From Octopus sinensis (taxonomy: Eukaryota), in contig NC_043005.1 of assembly GCF_006345805.1 (NCBI RefSeq), positions 105,028,001-105,092,000 of the forward strand: a stretch of DNA of 64,000 nucleotides, given 5' to 3'. Of this stretch, positions 40,048 through 52,174 are shown in pieces. The number at the start of each line of letters is the position of its first letter. The stretch's first letter is position 1. Below the pieces are notes generated by a model. It saw nothing but the letters and a program-made list of their open reading frames with translations, was not told the DNA's origin and did not search any database. Made by a program: the position numbers and the translations under genes.

Positions 40048-40079
40048 CTTTCTGTTGAAGAGCGTAGGCTCGAAACGCA
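40048..40079 (+). ncRNA. Hammerhead-ribozyme-like motif, CUGUUGA variant, truncated
   Basis: cttt CTGTTGA a GAGC gtag GCTC GAA ACGC A; the related copy at 60666-60692 (-) supplies GAAACGTA aaag. Confidence 0.5.
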
Positions 40080-40548
40080 TATTAACTACGTACCATTGGT
40101 TTCACTTGTTAATATCCACTTATATCCACACGTTGATATCTGCTAGGTCATCAGCGTAGTCTGTCGCTTACAAAACACAATTTCCAGAACTAGAAACGCT
40201 CAACCGAAATCGCTCATGTATAAAGTTCTACAATTTATTTTTGGGTGTATTTTTTCAAATGCCTTCACTTTGGCGCGCTGAGGCCGGAAATTACTCTGCA
40301 GTTAATAAATTTCAGCAGCCAATTTACCGGTTAGGGAACATTTATTATTTAAAATTAAATAATAAGGGTAGAAATTGATGTTAATCAATTAAAACCAGTG
40401 GCTTAGCATATTTAAAAATCCGAAGATTAGAAATTGTTACATACAAAATTAAGAGGAATGACCATTAAAGTGGACACCCTATATACTAAACATAGACGTC
40501 AAATCGCCATTACCACGAAGAATGTGTTCTCAAGAAAAATTTGATTTC

Positions 40549-40603
<55 letters not shown>

Positions 40604-40604
<1 letters not shown>

Positions 40605-41073
40605 GAGGCGCAATGGCTCAGTGGTTAGGGCAGCGGACTTGCGGTCGTAGAATCGTGGTTTCGATTCCTAGACTGGGCATTGTGAGTGTTTATTGAGCAA
40701 AAACACCTAAAGCTCCACGAGGCTCCGGCAGAGGGTGAACCCTGCTGTACTCTTTCACCACAACTTTCTCTCACCCTTTCTTCCTGTTTCTGCTGTACCT
40801 GTATTTCAAAGGGGCAACCATGTCACACTCTGTGTCACGCAGAATCTCCCCGAGAACTACGTTAAGGGTACACGTGTCTGTGGAATGCTCGGCCATAAAT
40901 GAGCTGCGACGTCACTTTGCCTTCCCCTTGGATAACACTGGTGGCGTGGAGAGGGGAAGCTGGTATGCATGGGTGACTGCTGGTCTTCCTTAAACAACCT
41001 TGGCCAGACTTGTGCCTCGGAGGGTAGCTTTCTAGGTGCAATCCCATGGTCATTCATGACCGAAGGGGGGATC
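40604..41073 (+). mobile_element. Chimeric SINE: family C 5' part plus family D 3' part
   Basis: Matches the 31380 copy up to ~40894, then matches 12425-12621. Confidence 0.88.
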
Positions 41074-41094
41074 ACAATATATCAATATATATAT

Positions 41095-41175
<81 letters not shown>

Positions 41176-42191
41176 CACACATATATATATATATTACTCA
41201 TATAATATATATACACATATATATACACACACACAACATATTTACACACACACACATCTATAAATACTGACTTCAAATTTTGGCACTAGGCCAGCAATTT
41301 TAGGGGCGAAGTAAGTCAATTACAAAAAGCCCAGTGTTCGAATAGTACTTACCATATCAAAACGAAAGCATGAAGCGCTAAATCGGCTGCGGGAGAATTT
41401 GAACTCACTTTGCCAGCTCGCCTTATGATATTTACACACACACACACACACACATCATTTTTTTTTAATAGATTTTTTTCCTTGTCTATGCGTATCTTCG
41501 CACAGCATTTGTCAGTTTGTAATTGGTGTCGCTTCCAAGCAACATTACAATACCTTCCATCCATTTACTTCTTCCTTAACTCCTGCTCTTACTGTATCTA
41601 TCTCTTTCCAGCCCCACTCTCTCTCTCTCCATCACTCTCTTTCTCACATTTTCATTGTCTCTTTCTCTCTCCCTTCCCTCTCCAGTCACTCTCTCTCTCT
41701 CTGTCTCTCTCTCTCTCTCTTCTCTCTCTCTTCTCTCTCTCTTCACCGCTTCTACGGCGTATTACATATGAATTTGGAAAAAGAAACGGAATGATAAGAA
41801 CATTTCTATCGAACACCTATCACATCAACTTCCGGAGTAAATCTAACCTGGTGATCGTAACACAAAAATACAATATTCGCCACCATTTCCAATATTATAC
41901 ATTAAATATACACTGTCATCATTTTCAGTTTGAACTTTCCCTCTACGTTTTTTCTGTTTCTTTATCCTGCTTACATTTTTCATGTACATCTCTCCAAAAT
42001 ACCACTTCCAGAATATCTTTTAAATATCTCGTATACATATGTGTGTGTGTGTGTGTGTGTTTGAGACATTTAAAAGATATTTTAAAAGGGTATTAATATG
42101 CATGTATGTATCTATGTTTACATATATGCATATACATACACACACACACCACATATACATATATAGATGAGATATTTAAAAGATATTTTAA

Positions 42192-42237
<46 letters not shown>

Positions 42238-42409
42238 CATATATATATTATAATATATATATATATATATTACATATATATATATATATATATACATTAA
42301 ATATATATATCATATATATATATACAAAAGATATTTGAAAGGGGTATTAATATATATGTATGTATTTGTGCATATATATGTATCTATGTTAATATTTTTT
42401 AAAAAACGG

Positions 42410-43006
42410 AACAAGAATGTAACAGGCAATCACAAAACAGACAGTTAGACGATACAAATAGTACAGGAAAATACAAGGACGAGTCATTCAGAGCTTTCTA
42501 TCTTCAGTCGAGTACCAGATCGTCATTGCAGTTTCGACCAGTTACACTCGAGATTGCTGCAACCTGGTCGTTCCCAAGAAAATCTAAGCTAAGAGCATTA
42601 GATTCTTTGGAAGAAAGCAAGCGAGTGTATACGAAAACGAGGACGAAAATCACAGAGAAATGGTACACAGTTACACATACAAACAACAGGACATTAACAA
42701 CAGGTGTCTTTCGAATTAGACAAATTTAACTAAGCTGGCGGGTGTGGAAGTGAAGACTTACGGTAGGAACATAAGAGATGAAAGTCATGGGTAGGAATAT
42801 AAGAGATGCTACACGGATGGTAGTCGAACCAAGAAAGAAAGATCAGGCTTGGCGGAACACCGGTAACAGCTGTCTCGAGCGTAACTGGCCGAAACTACAA
42901 CGACGATCTGGTACTCGGCTGAAGATAGAAATTTACGAATGACCTGTCCTTCTTTTGTATCGTCCAACTGTCCGGATGTTTTCTTGCCGCCTGTTACGTT
43001 CTTGTT
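42410..43006. repeat. Foldback element, ~165-bp imperfect inverted arms, ~270-bp spacer
   Basis: 42410-42578 vs reverse complement of 42848-43006 (tttctatcttcag.cgagtaccagatcgtc.ttg.agtttcg.ccagttac.ctcgaga). Confidence 0.9.
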
Positions 43007-44348
43007 TCTTTATTGTTTTGTTTTATTTTATATATACAAATAGCGGCGTACGTACACTTTTGGTCTCCTCTATATATCTTAACATATATGCATATACATA
43101 CATCAATATCCATATATATCTTCTTTTATTCTTTTACTTGTTTCAGCCATGAAGTTGGTAAGCAAGCTACTTACCACACAGCCATATTTTGTCTCCGTGT
43201 TCTTTCACAATATCATTAAAATATAATATAATAGAGAGAGACAGAGTGTGTGTGTGTGTGTGTGTTGTGTGTGTGTGTGTGTCTGTGTCTGTGCGCGTGC
43301 GTGCGTGCGTGTGCGTGCGTCACTTTGAAATTCTACTTAAGTCGTATCTCAAGATAAACCACCAGCAATGTAACTATTTCGAAAAGTGAAAACCAGAGAT
43401 ATAGATCATGGGTTAAAATTCTGATGCGTTCTACCCTTAAGCAAGGTACTTTACTCTATGTTACACCAGTCTACTCAGCTGTAAAGGAGAACCAATCGGG
43501 ATGCTGGTGCATCTTTCATTCTCTCTAGATATATTTCATCCTCGATTTGCCTGTGTGTTAAGGGCCTGGAGTAATCGAGTGAACGTATAAACCAGCACGC
43601 GACGACACGGGCCCCGAAAGCAATTAGCGAAAGTATGATACATGCCATCAAGAAATGCTTGGTACAAGTGAGGGACGGCTGGTTGTATATAAAGAAAGAT
43701 AAGGAAAAACATCTATCGAAGCATAAAGACAATAATTTAATAAAAACAACAACAAAAAAACAAATGAAAAAATATTAAAAACTAAGATACAAATAAACAA
43801 TGTATATACGCACGAAAAAGTTCAAAATATGATATACAAAGAGAAGAATGCAAATTCAAAGCTGAAGATTCGAAAAGCTAAAGATTACAACAGATTCAAA
43901 ACAACAAACAAAATGTTCGACAAATTTCAAGACATCCAAATCTTGCTATAGTCAAAAACATATATAAGAGTTAAGCGATGAAGAATCCAGCTAAAAATAA
44001 AATATTCTTAGAAACTGAACACTGACAACATTAAGTTAAGAAGAATTTACTTGTAAGAACGATAAACTAGAACGGTTATATATTAAATAAATACTTCTAT
44101 GAAGCGTAAATAATTTTTTGTCATCTAATGGTTGCGTTCTTGTTCTAGACACATCTATGGATACAACTTTAAGCAGTGAAATTTATATATGTACAGGCAC
44201 CCGTACACACAACATGCATGTAATACCTTTGGACATAAATATGCTTCATCAATACGTTATCTAGGGCTAAACCACAGCTGAAAGACTATTGGGACACGAA
44301 ATTACTCACTAAACAAACAATAGATATTTATATAATTATGTGTGTGTG

Positions 44349-44391
<43 letters not shown>

Positions 44392-44421
44392 TACATATAT
44401 ATATATATAATAATATATATA

Positions 44422-44461
<40 letters not shown>

Positions 44462-44612
44462 ACCGGAGTAAACACATAAATGTGAAAAAAAGGTGGAAAA
44501 AAAAGAGTACTCAAATACCAGTGGTAGAGTATATGCTAGCAAAACTGTCCGATGAACGGGAACGGGAAACTCAGAGTAACAGTTTTGTTGAATATTTGCT
44601 GCTTTAAATAAA

Positions 44613-44656
<44 letters not shown>

Positions 44657-45364
44657 ATAGTACATATATAAATATGTATATGCATACATAAATGTGTTGT
44701 GCACGTATGTGTATGTATGCATGCATGTATGTATGTATATATGCATGGATACTTATTTATTCTATCTTGATACAGTGCTCCTTAAAAATAATAAAAGCAA
44801 ATCATTCTTTAAATATATTTCCACTTTTCGCTAATATATTTAACTTTTCACTGTTGATTGTAACTATGTGTGTGTGTGCGCGCGTGTGTGAGAGAGAGAG
44901 AGAGTGAGTGCGAGTGTGTATGTGTAATTTGCTTTGCGGGAAGGATTGTTTCAATGAAGTCTTGTCCTTGCCTTCGAAAGTGGAGTAGATGAAACAGGGA
45001 CAACTGAAGAAGAGGAATATTCTTTATGTTGTATGTCTCGTTTCTCTGTTTGTTTTTTTCGTTGTCGGAATAAAAAGTCCGTTTCCATGGTTTTGTTTTT
45101 ATGTTTTCGTTTCTCATTGTGTTCAACGTTTTTTTTTTATGTCCTGTATCCATATATGCATGTATATATACATATATATGTAGGTATGTATATATACATA
45201 TATATGTAGGTATATATGTATATATGCTGCAAATACTGATAGGGCACAGAAAGTGTGTCAATAGCCAGCTGGAGAAGATGTTCTCCTGGGGCTACAAGCT
45301 ACAGTTGCATCCACCCTTAGTGGTTAGCCACATTTAAATAACAAATATATATATATATACATTC

Positions 45365-45560
45365 TTTTTTTATTATTTGACTGTGCCATGCTTGAGCACT
45401 AACTTTAGTCGAACAATTCGGCCCCAGGACTTATTCTTTGTAAGCCTAGTACTTATTCTATCGGTCTCTATAGCGGAATCGCTAAGTTACGGGGACGTAA
45501 ATATACCAATATCGGTTGTCAAGCGATGGTGGGGGGGACAAACACAGACACGCAAACATA

Positions 45561-45600
<40 letters not shown>

Positions 45601-45601
45601 A

Positions 45602-45642
<41 letters not shown>

Positions 45643-46035
45643 ATCAACTAATGAGGGTGAGAAAGTTGGATACTAATTTAATAGTACATCCATTTAACAC
45701 CAAGTGGCTTAGTGCGTACAAAACCCGGATTACGATACATTTTATACATAAATATAAGAGAGTAACCACCATGTGGTCTACTCTAGCACCAACAATAGAT
45801 CCGATGGGTTTCAACCACATAAAAAATGTTTCCAATGAAAGTTAGCACAACTACTGGCGCAGACAGGGCAAATAAACATAGCAAAAATGTACGACGGGTT
45901 TCTTTCAGTTTCCGTCTTGCAAATCCACTCACAAAGCTTTGGTAGGCCCAAGGCTATAGTAGAAGACACGTGCTCGAGGTGCCACACAGTGGGACTGAAC
46001 TCAGAACCATGTGATTGGTAAGCAAGCTACTTACC
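45365..46035 (-). mobile_element. SINE family B split by a ~250-bp unidentified insert
   Basis: Tail 45365-45550, microsatellite, unrelated 45640-45890, head 45890-46035. Confidence 0.8.
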
Positions 46036-46544
46036 ACACAGCCACTCCTGTGCCTATATACATATAGTAATAATAATAATAATAATAATCCATGGATGGA
46101 CAATATCAGATATGCTCATTTGGAACTGAGAACCCAACTACCATCGATGAAATTGGGACTCAAAACATGTCTTGGGTAAAGTGGATATATTTATTTGTAG
46201 CTGAAGGCCCAGCGGCGTCCTCATCTGTTTCACGGATGCAGTGCGCGCGCACACACACCCACCCACACACACAACACACACACACACACACAAATACTCC
46301 CGCACAGAGTGCAGGTATGTTTGACATGCTACCAAATGTTTTAGGCCCTGTAGATATTTCCACACAGTATTCCTATACTAGACATGACTTGACGATAATC
46401 CACAAATCTTTCGGTAGACTTGAGTGTAGTGTCAGAGTCACATGATAGCAGCAATGAAGACAGAAAATATTACAGTTATTTTGATAGCAGTTTGACTGAG
46501 TTCCATATCACTCCACGTTTTGTGGGCCCGTGGGAGAGACGTAC

Positions 46545-46604
46545 CTCGTCAGTTATTAAAATACAGCGTGAATTAAAAGCAGCATCCAATTTCTGGGAAG
46601 CCAT
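46545..46604 (-). CDS. Candidate first coding exon (MASQKLDAAFNSRCILITDE), product unknown
   Basis: ATG in aagcATGg context, 20 open codons, phase-0 donor GAG|GTACGT. Confidence 0.22.
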
Positions 46605-47498
46605 GCTTTAGTTGATTTACTTTGCAGGTTATTACTGACACTTTTGAATGTTATTGGACGCTACTTTTCACTCACCCAGTATATGTGTAACACTTAACAA
46701 ATGATTTCAGTGCTACTTTCTTTTGTGTGCGCGTATGCATGTATGTATGTAAATGTATCAAACTAAAGTTATAGAACAAACAAATGCAAGGTCATCCGCA
46801 TAGCATTTCATAATTCGAACATTTAATCATAGAATATACATATAAACATCCCGCAAGATGGAACATAATACATCTGTACAAGCATACAAGCATATAATAA
46901 TAATAAGGTGCGAGAAAAAATGTTTTTCATCACAGTTTAGAGTTAATACTTGTATGTAAATGTATATATGTAAGCACACATTTTTATACACTGTCATAAA
47001 ACGAAGTCGTATTAACCAAGGACAGGGTAATACTTATGCAATTCGAAATGTATACAAATTATAATTTTCGTAGTGTACTTAAAGTAGCTGTGACCGAAGA
47101 AGTAGGAAGGAATTCCACGATATATTTAATACTGAAAGTTCTAGGAACTTTATTAATATGTCACATCACATGGACAAAATACGGGCGTCTCAAATCCAGA
47201 AGGTTTTATTAATTAGTAAACAACAGATCACCCAAAATTTCACTCCTCTCATTTAAAATGCCCGAGTTACTGTAGAACAAGGTTATAACAATGAGTGCGA
47301 GATCCGCCAGGGGATGAGTGATATTGGAAGTTTAGGATGTTTATAATTATTGCATCTCTGACGTGGATTTTTTTTTCCTTTCAACTTTTATATAAAACTT
47401 TCTTTTTTTTGCTATTTGACGAATATTTTTGCATGACGAATTATCTAGAAACGAGAAAGAAAACACATACTTAAACATAACAAAACAGATACAAGAGT

Positions 47499-47536
<38 letters not shown>

Positions 47537-47854
47537 ATAGCGTAATGTCCATCAACATGGAACGAAATCAAAGAAAATATATTGGCAGCCGTGTTTTCAC
47601 TACGCTGTAAGACCATTTGTCGGCGGACGTCTTATATTAACATTATGCAAACATTTGCTCATACATATACATATGAGAGAGATGTTATGCACAGACATAT
47701 CATTAAGATATTAGGAAATATAAGGAGAAAGAGAGGGAGACGGGAGAGACAGAGAGACACAAAGAGACAGAAATTGAGTGTATGATATGAATATAGGTGG
47801 AAAATACACGGGTGTTATAAAACGTCAATACATGAATATTCATAAATATGTCTG

Positions 47855-47914
<60 letters not shown>

Positions 47915-47920
47915 CATCCA

Positions 47921-47988
<68 letters not shown>

Positions 47989-47989
47989 C

Positions 47990-48140
47990 ACGACGGGCTT
48001 CAGTTTACCAAATCCACTCACAAAGCTTTGGTCGGCCCGAGGCTATAGTAAAAGACACTTGCCAAGGTGCCACCCAGTGGGACTGAACCTGGAACCATGT
48101 GGGGGGAAGGTAGCTTCTTACCACACAGCCCGACTGTGCC
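47990..48140 (-). mobile_element. SINE family B 5' half
   Basis: cagtttaccaaatccactcacaaagctttggtcggcccgaggctatagta..gggactgaacc. Confidence 0.8.
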
Positions 48141-48500
48141 TATATAATATTTATATATATAATTATGTACATACATACATACATACATACATACATACAT
48201 ACATACATACATACATACATGTACATCATCGTTTTCAGGTAAATGCTCATCTGATACCTCTTTTGATAAGAACATAATTATATAAGAAGTAAATTTCCTG
48301 TAACCAAGCCTTTCACGGAACATTCACTTATCCACAAGTAAATTGTTAAGGGAGAAACAATAATATCAAGATGCAAACGTTTAAAGCTAAAATTGACGCC
48401 AAGTGCTAACCTTCTAAGGACTCTCGCTTCGTGAAGAGTAAGTACTTAAAATAACTTCTCAGCGGGGAATGCAGTGTCCCAGGAAGAAAAGAGTAAAATG

Positions 48501-48910
48501 GTGCAGGAGTGGCTGTGTGGTAAGTAGCTTACCTACCAACCACATGGTTCCGGGTTCAGTTCTACTGCGTGGCACCTTGAGCAAGTGTCTTCTACTATAG
48601 TCCCGGGCCGACCAAAGCCTTGTGAGTGGATTTAGTAGACGGAAACTGAAAGAAGCCCGTCGTATATATATATATATGTGTGTGTGCATGTATGTGTGTG
48701 TGTCTGTGTCTGTGTCTGTCCCCCTAGCATTGCTTGACAACCGATGCTGGTGTGTTTATGTCCCCGTCACTTAGCGGTTCGGCAAAAAGAGACCGATAGA
48801 ATAAGTACTGGGCTTACAAAGAATAAGTCCCGGGGTCGAGTTGCTCAACTAAAGGCGGTGCTCCAGCATGGCCGCAGTCAAATGACTGAAACAAGTAAAA
48901 GAGTAAGAGT
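48501..48910 (+). mobile_element. Full-length SINE family B, followed by a deleted copy (48915-49040)
   Basis: tRNA-like head ggctgtgtggtaag..gggttcagtt, ccttgagcaagtgtc central motif, internal microsatellite, tail ..gactgaaacaagtaaaagagta. Confidence 0.92.
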
Positions 48911-49499
48911 ATATTTATAGGTGCAGGCGAAGCTGTGTGGTAAAAAGCCTGCCTCCTTGTAAAGAGACCGATAGAATAGTTATTAAGTGTCAAAAATAAG
49001 TCGTGGGATTGATTTATTCGACTAAAACCCTTCAAGGTGGTGCTTCAGCAATTCTGTCATTCTTTTACTTGTTTCAATCACTTGACTGCGGCCATGCTGG
49101 TGCACCGCCGTCTTAAAGGATTTTTTAGTCGAATTAATCGACCCCTCTTTCTTTAAAGCCTGGTACTTATTCTATATATCTGTCTTTGCCGAACCGCTAA
49201 GTTGCGGGGACGTAAACACACCAACACCGGTGACGAGGAGACAAACACACCCAAAGACATACACACATAGACATATGCTATTATATATATATATTATATA
49301 TATATTATATATAATATATATATAATCTATATACGTATGATGTAAGTAGTACATATACGTATATCTTTATGTGCATATATATATAATAATAATTTATATT
49401 ATTATATGCTTGAATGCCCCGCATCATTCTTCCAGTAAGTTATATATTATAAATATTATATATATATATATATATATAATTATATGATATATAATATAT

Positions 49500-50004
49500 A
49501 TAAATTAGTAATGCAATACTAGAGTATTGCTTTCCAGTAAAGAATAAACCGTGAGGAAAAATATACAAAGAAGTAAATATATGACACAACGAAGTACCGA
49601 TATTTACTGGAAATAGCGAACGTAATAATACGACGCTAATGTATAGCTTCACCGCGTATGTACTAGCAAAAATGCGTATGTGCAACAAACTAGAAAAAAT
49701 TGTCTTACCTCCAGGGAGAACATCTGAAAGATGAAATACCTGGAAAAGGATAATGTGGAACATGCGCAGGTTTCAGATTTTTCAAGATATGTCTGCCACC
49801 CATAAACTTGATCTATCTTCATCAGCCAAACATATACCACGACAACCTTTCAGATGTTACCACATTAATGCCATTACACTCGACTGAAACGCCGAAACGC
49901 TAACAGCACGAGAACGGTGAAGAAGTTTCAATAAATTAGTAATGCAATACTAGAGTATTGCGTTCCAGTAAAGAATAGCCCGTTGTGCCATATATTTACT
50001 TCTT

Positions 50005-50011
<7 letters not shown>
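49500..50011. mobile_element. Unclassified non-autonomous element with ~31-bp terminal inverted repeats, a ~47-bp direct repeat and a hairpin
   Basis: atatacaaagaagtaaatatatgacacaacg (49561-49591) vs cgttgtgccatatatttacttctttgtatat (49981-50011); taaattagtaatgcaatactagagtattgc.ttccagtaaagaata at ~49500 and ~49932. Confidence 0.7.
49754..49830 (-). ncRNA. Candidate type I hammerhead ribozyme
   Basis: tttgg CTGATGA AGAT[36-nt structured loop]ATCT GAA AC ctgcgcat GT T ccaca: all core nucleotides present; stems I and III short. Confidence 0.45.
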
Positions 50012-50040
<29 letters not shown>

Positions 50041-50177
50041 CATACATACATATATACGACGGGCTTATTTCAGTTTCCGTCTACCAAATCCACTCAGAAG
50101 GCTTTAGTCGGCCCGAGGCTATAGAAGAAAACACTTGCCCAAGGTGCTACGCAGTGGGACTGAACCCAGAACCACAC

Positions 50178-50286
50178 GCACACGTCCATGCTTCACGTTG
50201 AAAGCACCGGTTCTCGTGTGATCACCGAAGTCAAGCAACGTCGAGCCTAGATGGGTGACCGCTTGGGAAACCTAGGTGCAGTAAGC
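50178..50286 (+). pseudogene. 5S rRNA pseudogene with ~11-nt internal deletion
   Basis: cacgttgaaagcaccggttctcgtgtgatcaccgaagtcaagcaacgtcgagcc..tagatgggtgaccgcttgggaa..ggtgcagtaagc matches invertebrate 5S; the segment between box A and box C is missing. Confidence 0.9.
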
Positions 50287-50301
50287 GTCACACATTGTTG
50301 A

Positions 50302-50533
50302 AGGCGACGAGCTGGCAGAAACGTTAGCACGCCGGGCGAAATGCTTAGCAGTATTTCGTCTACCGTTACGTTCTGATGTCAAATTCCGCCGAGGTCGACT
50401 TTGCCTTTCATCCTTTCGGGGTGGATAAACTAAGTACCAGTTACGCACTGGGGTCGATGTAATCGACTTAATCCCTTTGTCTATCCTTGTTTGTCCCCTC
50501 TGTGTTTAGCCCCTTGAAGGTAGTAAAGAAATA
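50302..50533 (+). mobile_element. Full-length SINE family A
   Basis: Head, gaggtcgactttgcctttcatcctttcgggg core, tail ggtagtaaagaaata. Confidence 0.92.
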
Positions 50534-51957
50534 TGTGTATTTAGTTAAGATAAAGGATGGTGCACTGAAGATGTTCGCAAAAATTATCACCGAATTGAAA
50601 TTTAAATTTTTTTTGTGAAACAGAAAACAGAACCTAGCGAGAATTTAGTGTCTGTAAGGGGCAGATGGAAATCAACTGAAGAAACTTCGAATTCACATTT
50701 CTTTTTTCTTCATGTTTGTGGGGAGAAATGAAACGGATGGCACGCTGGTCTTACTGTGACTTTGTACTTCTTATTTCAAAATCTATTGACAGTAACACTG
50801 TTCAGAGACATAATATGTGTGAAATAGATATGAACCTACGAAAACAAGTTTGCTGTCCATTCTTTTATAAAGAAGGGTATTTAGAAAGAAAGCATATTTA
50901 AAGCAAAAACAGAAAAGATATGAACATTCGACGAATTTCCCTTTCTTGTTGGCATCGCTTATCTCTCACTGCATCCAGGCACTTACACAAAATACTGTCA
51001 TTCGATCATATCCGAAAACTCTTTAACCTATTCAGTTTTCTAAATAAAACATCATTCAATTTCCTCCCATGACTCTATTACTCATAATGATAATTTTATT
51101 TTATGTGCTTATATCATTAAAATATCCTTGTGTATTTTTTGTTAAAATTTGTTTACTTAAAGCATAAATTAAAATAAAATATCATTAATGATGCTTTCAA
51201 CTTTAAGAAACGTTAAATTGAAAAATTGGGCTCTAAGTAATTTCTTTTTAATTCTAAATATACCGATTAAAATTTAGATAAATTTCGCCTTGATATTGAG
51301 CTAAAGCGACACAAAAAATTAGTTAAATAAGCTGTAAAGAATTAATTGTTAAGGGAAATATTTGAAGTTAATACGATGTTCAGTGAATGAAAATGAAAAT
51401 TATTTGAACTATTCATTTTGGAAAAAAAAATTAGTTTTTATCTATTTAAAAGTAATTTTGAAAATAATTACATGAAAATATGAAAATTTAGACGGTTATG
51501 AACATTTTGTTAAAACCTATAAAAATCATCGTTGGTATGTATGTAAATGAAAACAACACTGAAACAAATAAATAGACAGATAAGTGTAGAAAATTAATTA
51601 AATCTGGTTTTAATTTAACCCTCTCTGAAGTGCTTAATTAATTCTGGGAATCAACTCTTACGGTTTCTAGGGGTCCTGATATCATGCTGCTATTCGTAAT
51701 CAACATAGACGTAGAGTTGTAGGGTGATGTGGTGAGGGGTTTGAAATTTCCTAATGAAAATTTATGAAAGATATTCCAGCTAAACATTCTCGCTCTATAT
51801 TAATTATATATTTGTTAATTTCACCTCATGGTCAGCATAGTAGGTCAGTTGCAGCTTTCAGCAGAGTTGTTAGCCAAGCGATTTTAAGTTAACCACTGTT
51901 AGTGAGTTAGTCAGTAATCTGTCGTACGTTTGTTACTAAATCCTATGGAACTCATAA

Positions 51958-52174
51958 GGCGGCGAGCTGGCAGAAACGTTAGCACGCCGGGCGAAATGCG
52001 TAGCCGTATTTCGTCTGCCGTTACGTTGTGAGTTCAAATTCCGCCGACATCGACTTTGTCTTTCATCGCTTCAGGATCGATAAACTAAGTACCAGTTACG
52101 CACTGGGATCGATGTAATCGACTTAATCCGTTTGTCTGTCCTTGTTTGTCCCCTTGTGGGTAGTAAAGAAATAT
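51958..52174 (+). mobile_element. SINE family A with 17-bp TSD
   Basis: aaatcctatggaactca (51938-51954) / aaaacctatggaactca (52175-52191). Confidence 0.93.

Larger units (their letters stand above)
49060..50175 (-). mobile_element. SINE family B split by the 49500-50011 element
   Basis: Tail 49060-49270, head 50055-50175. Confidence 0.8.

Noticed and set aside
40120-40170. Minus-strand TDYADDLA (RT-like) motif, also containing CTGATGA
   Set aside because: No flanking RT similarity or hammerhead stems; too short to call
42848-42950. Hammerhead in the arms of the 42.4-43.0 kb foldback (GAAAC ... CTGAAGA)
   Set aside because: Required stems I-III cannot be formed in any of the three topologies
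50178-50286. Functional 5S rRNA gene
   Set aside because: ~11-nt deletion in the internal control region, degenerate ends, single copy, no oligo-T terminator
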